Part shown: one piece after another, positions 20,420 to 30,438 of the stretch
How positions within the stretch are numbered: the stretch's first letter is position 1
Layout: each line of letters opens with the position of its first letter
Assembly (NCBI GenBank): GCA_965223265.1
Contig: OZ244999.1
Coordinates: 2,240,001-2,304,000, forward strand
DNA length: 64,000 nucleotides
Direction of reading: 5' to 3'
Source of the DNA: Planctomycetota bacterium
GTDB lineage: Bacteria > Planctomycetota > UBA8108 > SXIK01
Notes under the pieces: generated by a model
What the model saw: only the letters and a program-made list of their open reading frames with translations
Told to the model about the DNA's origin: nothing
Database searches by the model: none
Made by a program: the position numbers and the translations under genes

Positions 20420-21739
20420 ATGGATTCCATCTCGGGAGGCGTTCCGCTGCACTCGGCTGAACACGAGTCGCGCTCCCCGGCGCTGGACGCGGCAGACTCT
20501 CACGAATCGATCGCCGGCGCGGAGTCACGCGGCCTCATGCCCGGGAGTGAAGACCCCGAAAAGGTGATCGCGTTTCTAAGGCTGCATCTTGCCACTCTCT
20601 ACACAGTCGGCTTGGGAGTCGGTATCCTCCGCGCTGTCGGCGGAGGTGTCGAGGCGCTTTTCAGCCACACCCCCGAGTCGCTTTGCGATTGTGCCGACAT
20701 TCCGATCGCGACGGCGCGGCGGATTCTCTCCGCCCGTGTCGCCGGTGCTGCGACGAAGGAATACGAGCGTGCCCGCCGCGAGGGTGTCGCAATCCTCTGT
20801 GCGCCGCGATGGAGCTTGCCTCCCCTGCGCGACGAGCACGAACAGCCCGTCGTTTTGTTTGCACGCGGTGATTGGCGCCGCGTGGCGCAGCGACACGCCC
20901 ACCTTCGAGGCGGTTCCTGGCCAACGGTCGGGGTGGTGGGTTCTCGCGAACCGTCTCCGTATGCGCTGCGGAGTGCTCAGCGTTTCACGAGTTTCCTGGC
21001 AAGGCATGGCGTCGTCATTGTCAGCGGGCTCGCGCGTGGCATCGATCGGCAGGCTCACGCTGCTTGCGTCGAAAGTGGTGGATGCACGATCGCTGTCCTC
21101 GGTTCCGGGCTGGGTCGCGTCTACCCAGCCGAGAACCAGCCGCTCGCTCGCCGCATTGAAGACGATAGCGCGGGGGTGATCGTGACTCCGTTTCTCTTCA
21201 CAGCGCCGCCACGTGGGTTTCACTTTCCGCTGCGGAACGCCGTTATCAGCGCCCTCTCGACGCTCGTTTTCGTCGTCGAGGCCGGCGAGAGAAGCGGCAG
21301 CCTCATCACCGCAGACCACGCGCTGCGCCAGGGGAAGCCTATCTACACCCTGCCGAACCGTGTCGACGATCGACGTGCGGCCGGTTCGCTGCGGCTGCTA
21401 CAGGACGGCGCCGCAGTTGCGCTGGCGCCGTCAGATTTGGTCTCCGCTCTTCTCTTAGAGGAGGGAGGTCGCGTCTCTGATGGAGCTCGATTTCGTCTCG
21501 TGGGCGCGGTAACACGTGGCGGCGACTCGTCCGAAGATCGCGTCGGGCTAGGAATTAGAATCGACGGGCCGTTTGGCGCACAGTTGCGTCTCCTTTTTCG
21601 CGACGAGGAGGCCTGGACGTGCGACGCTCTGGCCACACGACTTGGCGTTCAGGGAGGCGAACTCTTGGCGGAACTGGGTCGGCTCGAAATGCAGGGAATC
21701 CTCAGACGCGCGCCCGACGGAGCCTACGTCTTGGCGTAA
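20420..21739 (+). CDS. dprA: DNA-processing protein DprA
   Basis: VGSR, IVSGLARGID, AVLGSG, FPLRN, EAGERSGSLITA and a C-terminal wHTH. ATG at 20420 follows GGAGG. Confidence 0.92.
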   Translation: MDSISGGVPLHSAEHESRSPALDAADSHESIAGAESRGLMPGSEDPEKVIAFLRLHLATLYTVGLGVGILRAVGGGVEALFSHTPESLCDCADIPIATARRILSARVAGAATKEYERARREGVAILCAPRWSLPPLRDEHEQPVVLFARGDWRRVAQRHAHLRGGSWPTVGVVGSREPSPYALRSAQRFTSFLARHGVVIVSGLARGIDRQAHAACVESGGCTIAVLGSGLGRVYPAENQPLARRIEDDSAGVIVTPFLFTAPPRGFHFPLRNAVISALSTLVFVVEAGERSGSLITADHALRQGKPIYTLPNRVDDRRAAGSLRLLQDGAAVALAPSDLVSALLLEEGGRVSDGARFRLVGAVTRGGDSSEDRVGLGIRIDGPFGAQLRLLFRDEEAWTCDALATRLGVQGGELLAELGRLEMQGILRRAPDGAYVLA

Positions 21740-22103
21740 CTCGCATGAGCGACCGACGATTTTGGACGTGCGGACACCGCCCATCGAGAGGCCGATCGAA
21801 CCTTCGGACGGGTTTCTGAGCCCTGCCTGCCAAAGATCGATGCAGCTGTAGGGCGGAGATGGGGATTATCGCGTGGGCGCCAGTTCCTTCCTCACATCTC
21901 GGAATCGGGCGAAGACATGCGGTTCCCGTAAGGTTCGGACATTTAGCTCTGCTCGGCGACAGGGACGTGGACCAAATGCGCGAAGTATAAGGGGTTCGAT
22001 CTCGAGTTGTGAGAGCGACGTTCTCGGCACGCGCGGTGGGCGCGCGAAACTGTCTCGACATCGTATTCTTCTTTGTCCAATCGAGAACTGCGGCTCTCCA
22101 TGT

Positions 22104-22358
22104 CCTCGAGTTTGGCCATTTCGCGCCGGCCTGGCCGGACGAGTTTCGCGGGAATTCAACGGCCCTTTCGACTTTTTCGTACCCTGAGAACCCTTGTGCA
22201 TGTTCAAAAACTCCTGTCCGGCCCTTCGGGGAACGCCAGGAGCGCCGATGCCTGCGCCCGTCCTCCGCCACGACCCGAGCGGGATCGCGCCCGAGTCGCG
22301 CCTTGGCCTCGACGCTCCTTGGCGCTGGCAGGCTCGACGCGAAATGGCCAAACTCGAG
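22104..22358. mobile_element. MITE family B, intact copy 2
   Basis: IRs CTCGAGTTTGGCCATTTCGCG / CGCGAAATGGCCAAACTCGAG. Closely similar to 7477-7724. Confidence 0.8.
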
Positions 22359-22362
22359 CTAG

Positions 22363-22446
22363 CAGTCCGTTGAAAAAGTGCTTCGAGCTGAAAACTGGGC
22401 GCAAAGAGGCCAGTTTCTCAGCCGAATGACTTTTTCAGGCGGGCTG
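22363..22446. mobile_element. MITE family A, internally deleted copy 3
   Basis: Starts after CTAG (22359-62). Both A ends are present. The internal deletion joins AAAACTGG to CTGGGCG through a CTGG microhomology. Confidence 0.7.
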
Positions 22447-22606
22447 GCTGGGCGATCAGGCAGCTTGGAAAGGTGTCGGGGCTTCTTGTCTTGGTTCAAC
22501 GGGCACTCACGTTGCCGAGAATGTCGACGAAGTCAAGCTGGGCGGGAAGCGGTAGACCTCAACTTCGGAAAGATTTTTTCGGGCAGGTTGATAGCCCACG
22601 AAACTG

Positions 22607-25600
22607 ATGACCTTACAGGTGGCTACACCGAACGCTACTAGCACCAGTCTCGCGGAACGCTATCGCATTGTCCGTGAACTCGGACGAGGTGGTATGGGTA
22701 GCGTGTACCTCGTCGAGGATCTGCGCGTTGGACGGCTGGTCGCGCTGAAGCAGATGCGACCTTCCGTCGGTGGCGGCGCTCGCATACTGCAGAAGGAGTT
22801 TCGTGCCCTCGCGACGCTCCGTCACCCTGGTTTGGCTCGAGTGTATGACTTCGGGGTCGACGACAAGACTCAGGACGTTTTTTTTACGTCGGAGTTCGTC
22901 GACGGTAAAGACGTTGTCAGCGTCTGCAAACCATTGGATCTGTCGCGTCAAGAGAGCTTGGTAGAATTCCTCGATGTGATCGCCCAGATTCTTCGCGGAC
23001 TTGAGTTCGTTCATTCGCGTGGGCTTGTGCACGGCGACCTTAAGCCTGCGAACATTCTTGTTGCCCGAACATCGAACGAGAGCTTCCTCAGCAAGCTGAT
23101 CGATTTTGGATTGATCAGTCGTGAGAAAGACTTCGGCGGCCGACGCCTCGTCGGCACCGCGTACTACATCGCACCTGAGCGAATCCTGGGGGCGCAGATC
23201 GACCGCCGGAGCGACCTCTATTCTTTCGGCGCGTTACTCTATCGTCTGGTGACTGGTCGCGTGCCGTTCCCTAGTAAGTCGAAGTTGGCAGTATTGAAAG
23301 GGCACATGGAAGGTGTCCCCTTGATGCCGGTGGACCTCGTGCCCACGATTCCGCGCAAGGTCAGCGACATCATCATGAAGCTGCTTCGCAAACAGCCAGC
23401 GCAGCGGTTCGCTAGTTGTCTCGAGATCATTGAAGCGCTGAATGACGCCTACCAGCTCTCCATGCCTCTCGAGACGGAGGAGACGACGGCGAGCTATGTT
23501 GATAGTCCGAAATTCGAGGCGCGCGATCGCCACATGAGGACCTGCTACGAATACTTCCTCTCGGCGTGCAATACCGAGGTCGCGCGTGACGAGAAGGAGG
23601 ACATGGAGTTGACTCTCTTCGCGTCGTCGCGCGATGACGAGCTTGGCTCCGCGGGGAGAAGCGCGTTCCCTTGCGGCCGCATGGTGATCCTCAGAGGTGA
23701 GTACAATCTGCAGAGTATGTCGTTTCTCGACGAGCTCAAGAGCCTCGTCGAAACGAGTCATGCACGGTTCGTAGCCATCGATTGTGGGCAGGAAGAGCAC
23801 GGTAGCCAGGGAGACTTTCTGCATCTCGTCCGTGAGCTCGCATTCATCGACAAGAACCTCATAGAGGAAGGGTTGTTGGAACAAGCCGAAGCACTCTGTG
23901 CATCGGGCGAGTTGCAACCCAACGGTGCGCTCCTCAAGATGTTGATCTACGGATTGCTTCAGCGCACGAAGAGCGAGCCGTGCGTCCTCTACTTCGAAAA
24001 CCTTCACGCCGCGGGCGAGATGTGTCTGCTGTTTCTCGACTATCTGATGGGCGTTCAAACGCGAAGCGAAGTCGACGGTAGCAGGCTCTTCACCGTCGGG
24101 GTGTTCGACGACGATGCCTTCGATGAGTCCGGAAGACTTGGAGAACTGCTCCATGGGGCCGAGTGGTCGGGGCAGTTTTTGGATGTATGGCTCGAACGCC
24201 TGAAGCAGCCGGAAGTGGTCCGAATGTTGAACTCAACGTTCGTTGGTCACGATTTTCCAGACAGTTTCGTCGGTTCCCTGACCGAAACGAGCGACGGTCA
24301 GCCGGAGATCATCGTGCAGATTTGCCGCCAGTACCTGAAGGAGGGAATGATTCGGCGAGCTCCGAACGGTTGGACGTTGGACGACAACTTCCACCAGGTC
24401 GAATTGCCACATCATGTTCGGACGACATTGAAGAAGACGATTGCGGCGCTGCCTCCGGACGCACTCAAGCTCGCCATTGGTATGGCTTTTCTCGGTGGCC
24501 GTCCCGACACCCAACTGGCGGCGAAGTTCTCGCGATTGAAGACGTCTCGAGCCGAAGAGTGCATTGACTTGCTACGAGAACGGAAGATTCTTCGTCGTGA
24601 TGGCACGGGGTATGCCTTCAAGTATCGCAGCGCTGGAAGAATCCTCTACGATCTGGTGCCAGAGCAGCAACGTCAATCTTTTCACGAGCGTGCCGGTGTC
24701 CTCTGCGAGGAGTACTGCAAACTACGAGGGGAGGCGAATCACCCCCTGATCGCGAGACACTTCATTCTCGCAGGGAATGTCGACAAAGGAGTCAATTATG
24801 GGCGTATGGCCGCGCGCGACCACGAAGAGCGCAAGCGGCTGCGTCAGGCGCTTTCGACGTATGTCGAAGTCGTCTCCCTCGCTCGTCGTGGACCGCGTGA
24901 GGACTATCTCCGGGCGCTTCACGAACTCGTCCGCGTCCGGCTTAGCGTTGGTGAGTACCCGCAAGCCTACGAGGAGCTATCCGAGCTGGTCATCGAAGCA
25001 TCGAATACGACGACCCCCAGCCGCGCAGAGGTCCTGATCGACCTCGGAAGGGTGAACGTCGGACTCGGGGACATGCGAGGGGCTGAGTCGTACATCGACG
25101 AGGCGGTTCATCTTCTCGCGGGTGCCGACGACGGGACTCTCCGGGCAGACGCATACACCGTACGCGCCCGTATTCGGTTGATTCAGGGACGGTTCGAAGA
25201 AGGCATTCGAGACTGCGAGTTGGCACTTCGAGTTGAGAAGCCGCGGAAGAAACTGGATTGCGCGTTGGCCGACGCACAAAACGCACTCGCCGACTGCAAC
25301 TTCGCACGTGGGGATCGTCTCGCTGCGATCAACGCTTGCGTGCGTGCATTGACAATTCTCGACGACGAGCGACGCCCTGAGCTTGTTGACGAAATTCTTT
25401 TCACTCTTGGAAAGCTCTACAAGTTCAAAGACAAGTTCTCCATGGCGCGTCACGAGTTTCGGGTTTGTGCGCGCCTTCGTGGTGGCATGGGAGCAGTGGC
25501 CGCTCAGGCCGAGGCACTGAGCGAGCTCGGAGGTATCGAGCTCTTCCTCGGCAAGACGCGTCGTGCGACTGCGTTCCTCGCTCATGCGGTCGAGCTTTAC

Positions 25601-26512
25601 GATCGGACCGGCAACTCCCTGGCGAAAGTCAAATCGCTCAACTTGCTGGCAGAAGGGCATCGCCTGCTCGGCGAGTACGACGATGCGACCAACGCAGTTG
25701 AGAGCGCCTTAGCCATCGCGAAAGACAATGACAATCAGTTTAGCGCATCGGAGGGACTGTTCGTTCTGAGCAAGATCGCCCTCGACACCGGCGCAATCGA
25801 TCGCGCCAAGGAATACCTCTCGATCGCCTACGAGGAAGAGCCGACGGAGAACCCTCGTGCGCTGGTGAAACTGCTGGGATTTCGCTCGCGCATTGCCGCG
25901 GAGGTCGGAGATCTCATGAGCCTCGCGAGCTTCGCCAATCGCGGTCTCGAGGTGAGCGACTCGTATCGACTCGCGTTCTACTCGGCAAGGTTCCTAGCCA
26001 CACTTTCAGAGCTGCATCTTCGCCTTGGCAATATCGACGATGCAGAGCGAACGGTCGCGCGCTTGAGGGAAGAGTCGCTGCGCTGCAGCTCGCCGATCTT
26101 CACGGCGCGTGGTCTGCTTGCTGAGGCGACGCTGTTCGCAGCGCAGAAGAGTACTCGGCGCGCGGCTACATATTTCCGGCGCGCCGAGAGGATTTTCGAC
26201 CAGGAGGGCAGTGAAAGAGACCTCTTACAGCTCTACTACGCGTTCGGACTCTTTTGCACAGAGCAGCGCGAGTTTGAGCAGGCTTTCGTCTGTTTCGAGG
26301 AGGGTGGGTACCTTTCGAAGAAACTGAAGCTGAACTACTGGCGCGCTCAGTTCAGCTACGCCAAGGGAAAGTTCGAGTGTGCATCACCCGAGGGGATTCA
26401 AACGCGGGCGCTGCGTTTCTTCCAAGAGGCTCAGCGTATCGCGTCCGAATCAGGCTACGCAGGCGTACTGTCTCTTGTGCGGAAGTCGCTCGTCGCGTCG
26501 GGGCGGCCGTGA
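22607..26512 (+). CDS. Ser/Thr protein kinase + degenerate AAA/STAND-like domain + TPR repeats
   Basis: GRGGMGSVY, VALK, HGDLKPAN, DFG, YIAPE, DLYSFG, followed by helical TPR-like repeats. Confidence 0.9.
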   Translation: MTLQVATPNATSTSLAERYRIVRELGRGGMGSVYLVEDLRVGRLVALKQMRPSVGGGARILQKEFRALATLRHPGLARVYDFGVDDKTQDVFFTSEFVDGKDVVSVCKPLDLSRQESLVEFLDVIAQILRGLEFVHSRGLVHGDLKPANILVARTSNESFLSKLIDFGLISREKDFGGRRLVGTAYYIAPERILGAQIDRRSDLYSFGALLYRLVTGRVPFPSKSKLAVLKGHMEGVPLMPVDLVPTIPRKVSDIIMKLLRKQPAQRFASCLEIIEALNDAYQLSMPLETEETTASYVDSPKFEARDRHMRTCYEYFLSACNTEVARDEKEDMELTLFASSRDDELGSAGRSAFPCGRMVILRGEYNLQSMSFLDELKSLVETSHARFVAIDCGQEEHGSQGDFLHLVRELAFIDKNLIEEGLLEQAEALCASGELQPNGALLKMLIYGLLQRTKSEPCVLYFENLHAAGEMCLLFLDYLMGVQTRSEVDGSRLFTVGVFDDDAFDESGRLGELLHGAEWSGQFLDVWLERLKQPEVVRMLNSTFVGHDFPDSFVGSLTETSDGQPEIIVQICRQYLKEGMIRRAPNGWTLDDNFHQVELPHHVRTTLKKTIAALPPDALKLAIGMAFLGGRPDTQLAAKFSRLKTSRAEECIDLLRERKILRRDGTGYAFKYRSAGRILYDLVPEQQRQSFHERAGVLCEEYCKLRGEANHPLIARHFILAGNVDKGVNYGRMAARDHEERKRLRQALSTYVEVVSLARRGPREDYLRALHELVRVRLSVGEYPQAYEELSELVIEASNTTTPSRAEVLIDLGRVNVGLGDMRGAESYIDEAVHLLAGADDGTLRADAYTVRARIRLIQGRFEEGIRDCELALRVEKPRKKLDCALADAQNALADCNFARGDRLAAINACVRALTILDDERRPELVDEILFTLGKLYKFKDKFSMARHEFRVCARLRGGMGAVAAQAEALSELGGIELFLGKTRRATAFLAHAVELYDRTGNSLAKVKSLNLLAEGHRLLGEYDDATNAVESALAIAKDNDNQFSASEGLFVLSKIALDTGAIDRAKEYLSIAYEEEPTENPRALVKLLGFRSRIAAEVGDLMSLASFANRGLEVSDSYRLAFYSARFLATLSELHLRLGNIDDAERTVARLREESLRCSSPIFTARGLLAEATLFAAQKSTRRAATYFRRAERIFDQEGSERDLLQLYYAFGLFCTEQREFEQAFVCFEEGGYLSKKLKLNYWRAQFSYAKGKFECASPEGIQTRALRFFQEAQRIASESGYAGVLSLVRKSLVASGRP

Positions 26513-26613
26513 GCTTCGATTTGGCTCGCCCTTGCTCAGGGTGCACGGTAGAATCCCGCTTTCGAGTTTCGCCTCTTCACTGGTCTTGTTAGCGGAGCAC
26601 CTGAAAAACTTCC

Positions 26614-28416
26614 ATGGCCGAAGATCGATTAGAGCGACCTGCGTTGTCGGCAGGGTTTCCCAAGAGATCCCACAACTGCGGTGCACTGCGGATCGAGGAC
26701 GCGGACACAAGCGTCGTTCTCAACGGCTGGGTCGAATCGATCCGTGACCATGGCGGTCTGCGGTTCGTCGATTTGCGAGATCGATATGGCATCACCCAAG
26801 TCGTGCTTGATCCGTCGCACAGCTACAGCGCCGATCAGAAGTCGCTGAGGAGTCAGTTTGTCATTGCGGTGAGCGGGCGAGTTCGCGGGCGCCCCGAGGG
26901 TATGCGGAATCCGAACCTCGCGACGGGGGACGTAGAGGTGTGCGCCGACGACCTCCATATCCTGAATCAGTCGGAAGTTCCGCCTTTTGAGATTGGTGCG
27001 AGCGACGCGGAACCAGGCGAGGAGATTCGTCTCCGCTACCGCTACCTCGATTTGCGCCGTGAACCCGTGCGCCAGCGACTCATCTTAAGGTCCAGAGTGA
27101 CGCAGCTGCTTCGCGGTTTTCTCGCCGACGAGGGATTCCTCGACCTCGAGACGCCGCTGCTGACAAAGAGCACTCCAGAAGGCGCGCGCGACTTTCTCGT
27201 GCCGTCGCGCAACCATCGTGGGAAATTCTTTGCCTTGCCTCAATCGCCGCAGCTGTTCAAGCAGCTGTTCATGATCAGTGGGTTCGATCGTTACTATCAG
27301 ATCGTCAAGTGTCTACGGGATGAAGATTTTCGCGCCGACCGTCAGCCGGAATTTACGCAGCTCGACCTTGAGCTCGCATTCATCGATGAGGAAGACGTCT
27401 ACGATTTGATCGATCGGTTGCTGGCGCACCTCTTCGGACAAGTGCTTGGGGTCGACGTCGCGACGCCGATCGACCGCATGCGGTACGCCGATGCGATGGA
27501 GCGCTACGGGACGGACCGTCCCGACCTTCGGTTTGGACTCGAAATCGAGGACGTCTCGGCGTCCGCGGCGGAGACAGAGTTTCAAGTATTTCGTGCCACA
27601 GTCGCCAGCGGTGGGCGTGTCCGCGCGCTCAAGGTGCCGGGCGGTGGTGGGCTCTCCCGCAAGCAAATTACGGCGTGCGAGGCGATTGTCAAAGAGTTCG
27701 GAGCGAAGGGGCTGGCCTGGGCGAAGATGGACTCGGATGGATTCAAAGGGCCGGTCGCAAAGTTCCTTGCAGGCACCGCGCTTGCGGCCCGTCTTGCGGC
27801 CGAGCCAGGGGACATCGTCTTTTTCTGCGCGGACCAAGACGGCATCACGAACCCCGCGCTCGGAGAACTACGACTACACGTCGCGAGAGAGCTCGAGCTG
27901 ATCGACCAAAATCGTTTCGAGTTTGTATGGGTGACAGACTTTCCTCTGGTCGATTGGGATGCGGACGATGAGAGATGGGTCGCACTTCATCACCCGTTCA
28001 CGAGTCCACGTCCAAGCGACGTCCCGCTCTTGGATTCTGACCCTGGAAAGGTACTTTCCAGAGCCTACGATATCGTACTGAACGGTCTGGAATTGGGCGG
28101 TGGTAGCATTCGTATTCACGAGCCTGAAACGCAGCGAAAGCTGTTTTCGTTGATCGCCCTTGGCGAAGAAGAGGCGCGGCAGAAGTTCGGGTTCTTGCTC
28201 GATGCGCTGGCGCACGGAGCGCCGCCTCACGGTGGGATCGCGTTGGGACTCGACCGTCTGATCATGTTGATGACTGGCGCGCCGTCGATCCGAGACGTCA
28301 TCGCCTTTCCGAAGACGGCGCGTGGCAACTGCCTGATGACGGACGCCCCGGGTGGCGTTTCTGGCGACCAGCTGTCCGAACTCGGGCTCAAAATCGTCGC
28401 TGATGCCACCGATTAG
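26614..28416 (+). CDS. aspS: Aspartyl-tRNA synthetase, probably non-discriminating (Asp/Asn)
   Basis: RDHGG, STPEGARDF, QSPQLFKQ, RDEDFRADRQPEFTQ, GGGSIRI, GAPPHGGIALGLDR. His in RDHGG and Gly in RPEG match ND-type signatures. Confidence 0.97.
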   Translation: MAEDRLERPALSAGFPKRSHNCGALRIEDADTSVVLNGWVESIRDHGGLRFVDLRDRYGITQVVLDPSHSYSADQKSLRSQFVIAVSGRVRGRPEGMRNPNLATGDVEVCADDLHILNQSEVPPFEIGASDAEPGEEIRLRYRYLDLRREPVRQRLILRSRVTQLLRGFLADEGFLDLETPLLTKSTPEGARDFLVPSRNHRGKFFALPQSPQLFKQLFMISGFDRYYQIVKCLRDEDFRADRQPEFTQLDLELAFIDEEDVYDLIDRLLAHLFGQVLGVDVATPIDRMRYADAMERYGTDRPDLRFGLEIEDVSASAAETEFQVFRATVASGGRVRALKVPGGGGLSRKQITACEAIVKEFGAKGLAWAKMDSDGFKGPVAKFLAGTALAARLAAEPGDIVFFCADQDGITNPALGELRLHVARELELIDQNRFEFVWVTDFPLVDWDADDERWVALHHPFTSPRPSDVPLLDSDPGKVLSRAYDIVLNGLELGGGSIRIHEPETQRKLFSLIALGEEEARQKFGFLLDALAHGAPPHGGIALGLDRLIMLMTGAPSIRDVIAFPKTARGNCLMTDAPGGVSGDQLSELGLKIVADATD

Positions 28417-28719
28417 GGCCGGCATTCGGTCGCGATTGGGTTTATGGGAATTTCTGTTGACGCTTCCTTCGACGCTCCGTTAGCCTCTATACGTCTTAGG
28501 TGTTTCGTCACCAGGCTGAAGGTCCGCCGGTGTTTGGTTTCTTCAAGCTGAGCCGACGTGCGGCGACCTTGCGAAAGTCTGGTGACAGAACCTGGTGCCG
28601 AGAGACGGTGCCGCGAGACAGAGTTTCGTGCTAGTTGGTCTCGTACTAGTTGGTTGTGTGCAAGGTTGCGAAGCTGCAACTTCACACGAGTGATTCACAG
28701 TAGTGCAGGAGGAACTGCC

Positions 28720-29256
28720 ATTCGACCACCGCCTCCGAACAAGAACCCCGTTGCGAAACGAGGTCCACGCATCATCTACCGGCAGCGCCCTGGTGATGTA
28801 CGGCTCATTTCTGAAACGGGAGAGCAGTTGGGCATTGTGTCGGTCAATGATGCGTTGGCACTCGCCGAAGAGCGTGGGCTTGATCTGGTAGAAATGGCTG
28901 CCATGGCAGATCCTCCTACCTGCAAGCTCATGGACTATGGCAAGTACAAGTTCGACCAAAAGAAAAAGGGTCGGGGTCAGCGCAAAACGGTTCAGCGGCG
29001 CAAGGAAATCAAGCTCCGTCCCAAGTGTGAGGAGCACGATTTCTCCGTCAAACTGAATCGCGCCCGCAACTTCTTGGAGAAGGGACACAAGGTCCAGGTG
29101 ACCATGATGTTCCGAGGCCGAGAGTCCGTTCATGTCGGGATTGGAACCGAGCTGATGCGGCGTTTCGCCGGCGAGCTCGAAGAGATCTCGAAGGTGGAGC
29201 AGGCGCCGTCGCGGGAAGGTCGTAACCGAATGGTTATGATTCTTGTGCGTAAGTGA
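28720..29256 (+). CDS. infC: Translation initiation factor IF-3 with ATT start
   Basis: GLDLVE, CKLMDYGKYKF, KEIKLRP, MFRGRE. AGGAGG (28707-12) lies 7 nt before an in-frame ATT. Confidence 0.93.
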   Translation: MRPPPPNKNPVAKRGPRIIYRQRPGDVRLISETGEQLGIVSVNDALALAEERGLDLVEMAAMADPPTCKLMDYGKYKFDQKKKGRGQRKTVQRRKEIKLRPKCEEHDFSVKLNRARNFLEKGHKVQVTMMFRGRESVHVGIGTELMRRFAGELEEISKVEQAPSREGRNRMVMILVRK

Positions 29257-29516
29257 TCTCAGCCAGCAGATCGGCAACCTGGCTTCGTGCGGACGACGAG
29301 GGCTTCGGGGGTCGACCGGGTCCTATGCGTGCTGCCCTGCGCACGGGAGTTTCGTCAGAAAAACGCTTTCGTGGGCCGGGCTTGGTGGTAGAATCCTGGC
29401 TTTTCGCCGTCCGCCAGCGACCCGCCTCGAGGCGGCGTTGGTGACGGTGGGGCTCGCGCCGAAGGACGAGCCCAGTGAAGAACTACCCTGGAAGAACTAC
29501 CCTGAGAGCTGAGTCC

Positions 29517-29714
29517 ATGCCGAAGTTGAAGACGAACAAGGCGGCCAAGAAGCGTTTTCGCGTTTCGAAGACCGGGAAGGTCAAGCGAAGTCGGCCAGGG
29601 CGACGGCACTTGTTGTCGTCAAAGACGCCCAAGCGCAAGCGAAAGTTACGGTCGCGAGAGGTCTGTCCTCCGGCAGATGGGCGCAAGGTGAGAACTCTCC
29701 TGCGCGTCGAATGA
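29517..29714 (+). CDS. rpmI: 50S ribosomal protein L35
   Basis: MPKLKTNKAAKKRFRVSKTGKV...HLL. Confidence 0.97.
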   Translation: MPKLKTNKAAKKRFRVSKTGKVKRSRPGRRHLLSSKTPKRKRKLRSREVCPPADGRKVRTLLRVE

Positions 29715-29828
29715 GCCGCAAGCCGTCTCCTTTGGGTGTCGAATGACCGTTGTCATTCGCACGGCTTATCTAGGGAGCGGGTTTTCGGTTACCGCAGAAA
29801 CCACTGAGATCGATCACGGAGAAGAACG

Positions 29829-30191
29829 ATGCCTCGTGCACGCAACGGAGTGGCCAAGCTCCGTAAAAAGCGTCGCCTGATGCGGCGCGTGAAGGGGTTT
29901 TGGGGTGGGAGAAGCAAGCTCCTGCGTACAGCGAAGGAGACGCTGGTACGTGCGGAGGCTTTTGCCACCAAGCATCGCCGAAAGAAGAAAGGTGATTGGC
30001 GACGATTGTGGATCGTGCGCGTCAATGCTGCCTGCCGTGCTCGCGGTATCACCTACAGCCAATTCATTCACGGGCTGTCGCGTGCGAACGTGCAGCTCAA
30101 TCGCAAGATGCTGGCTGAGATCGCCATCAACGACGAAGCGGCGTTCGACCAGTTGGTCGCGACGGCGAAGAAATCCGTCGGGGCGAGCTGA
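29829..30191 (+). CDS. rplT: 50S ribosomal protein L20
   Basis: MPRARNG...KGFWG...RRLWIVRVNAA...LNRKMLAEIA. Confidence 0.97.
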   Translation: MPRARNGVAKLRKKRRLMRRVKGFWGGRSKLLRTAKETLVRAEAFATKHRRKKKGDWRRLWIVRVNAACRARGITYSQFIHGLSRANVQLNRKMLAEIAINDEAAFDQLVATAKKSVGAS

Positions 30192-30438
30192 CCGCCGGTT
30201 GAAAGAGCCGTGTGACCAAGCGACTGGTTCTCGCGCCCAGCAACCGCCTCCACACTCGGGTCACGACTTTGAGAAGCTCAGAGATTACCTGCGCTTGTAG
30301 CAGCCGAACCGGGCGGCACGAGGTCAGTTTTCAGCTCGGGAAATTCGTTCAGCAGGCTGTTCATCGTCGCAGCTTCGCTCTGTGTCGATCACGCGGTTGC
30401 GTCCATGCGATGGGACGATCACGAGTCAGATCTATCCC

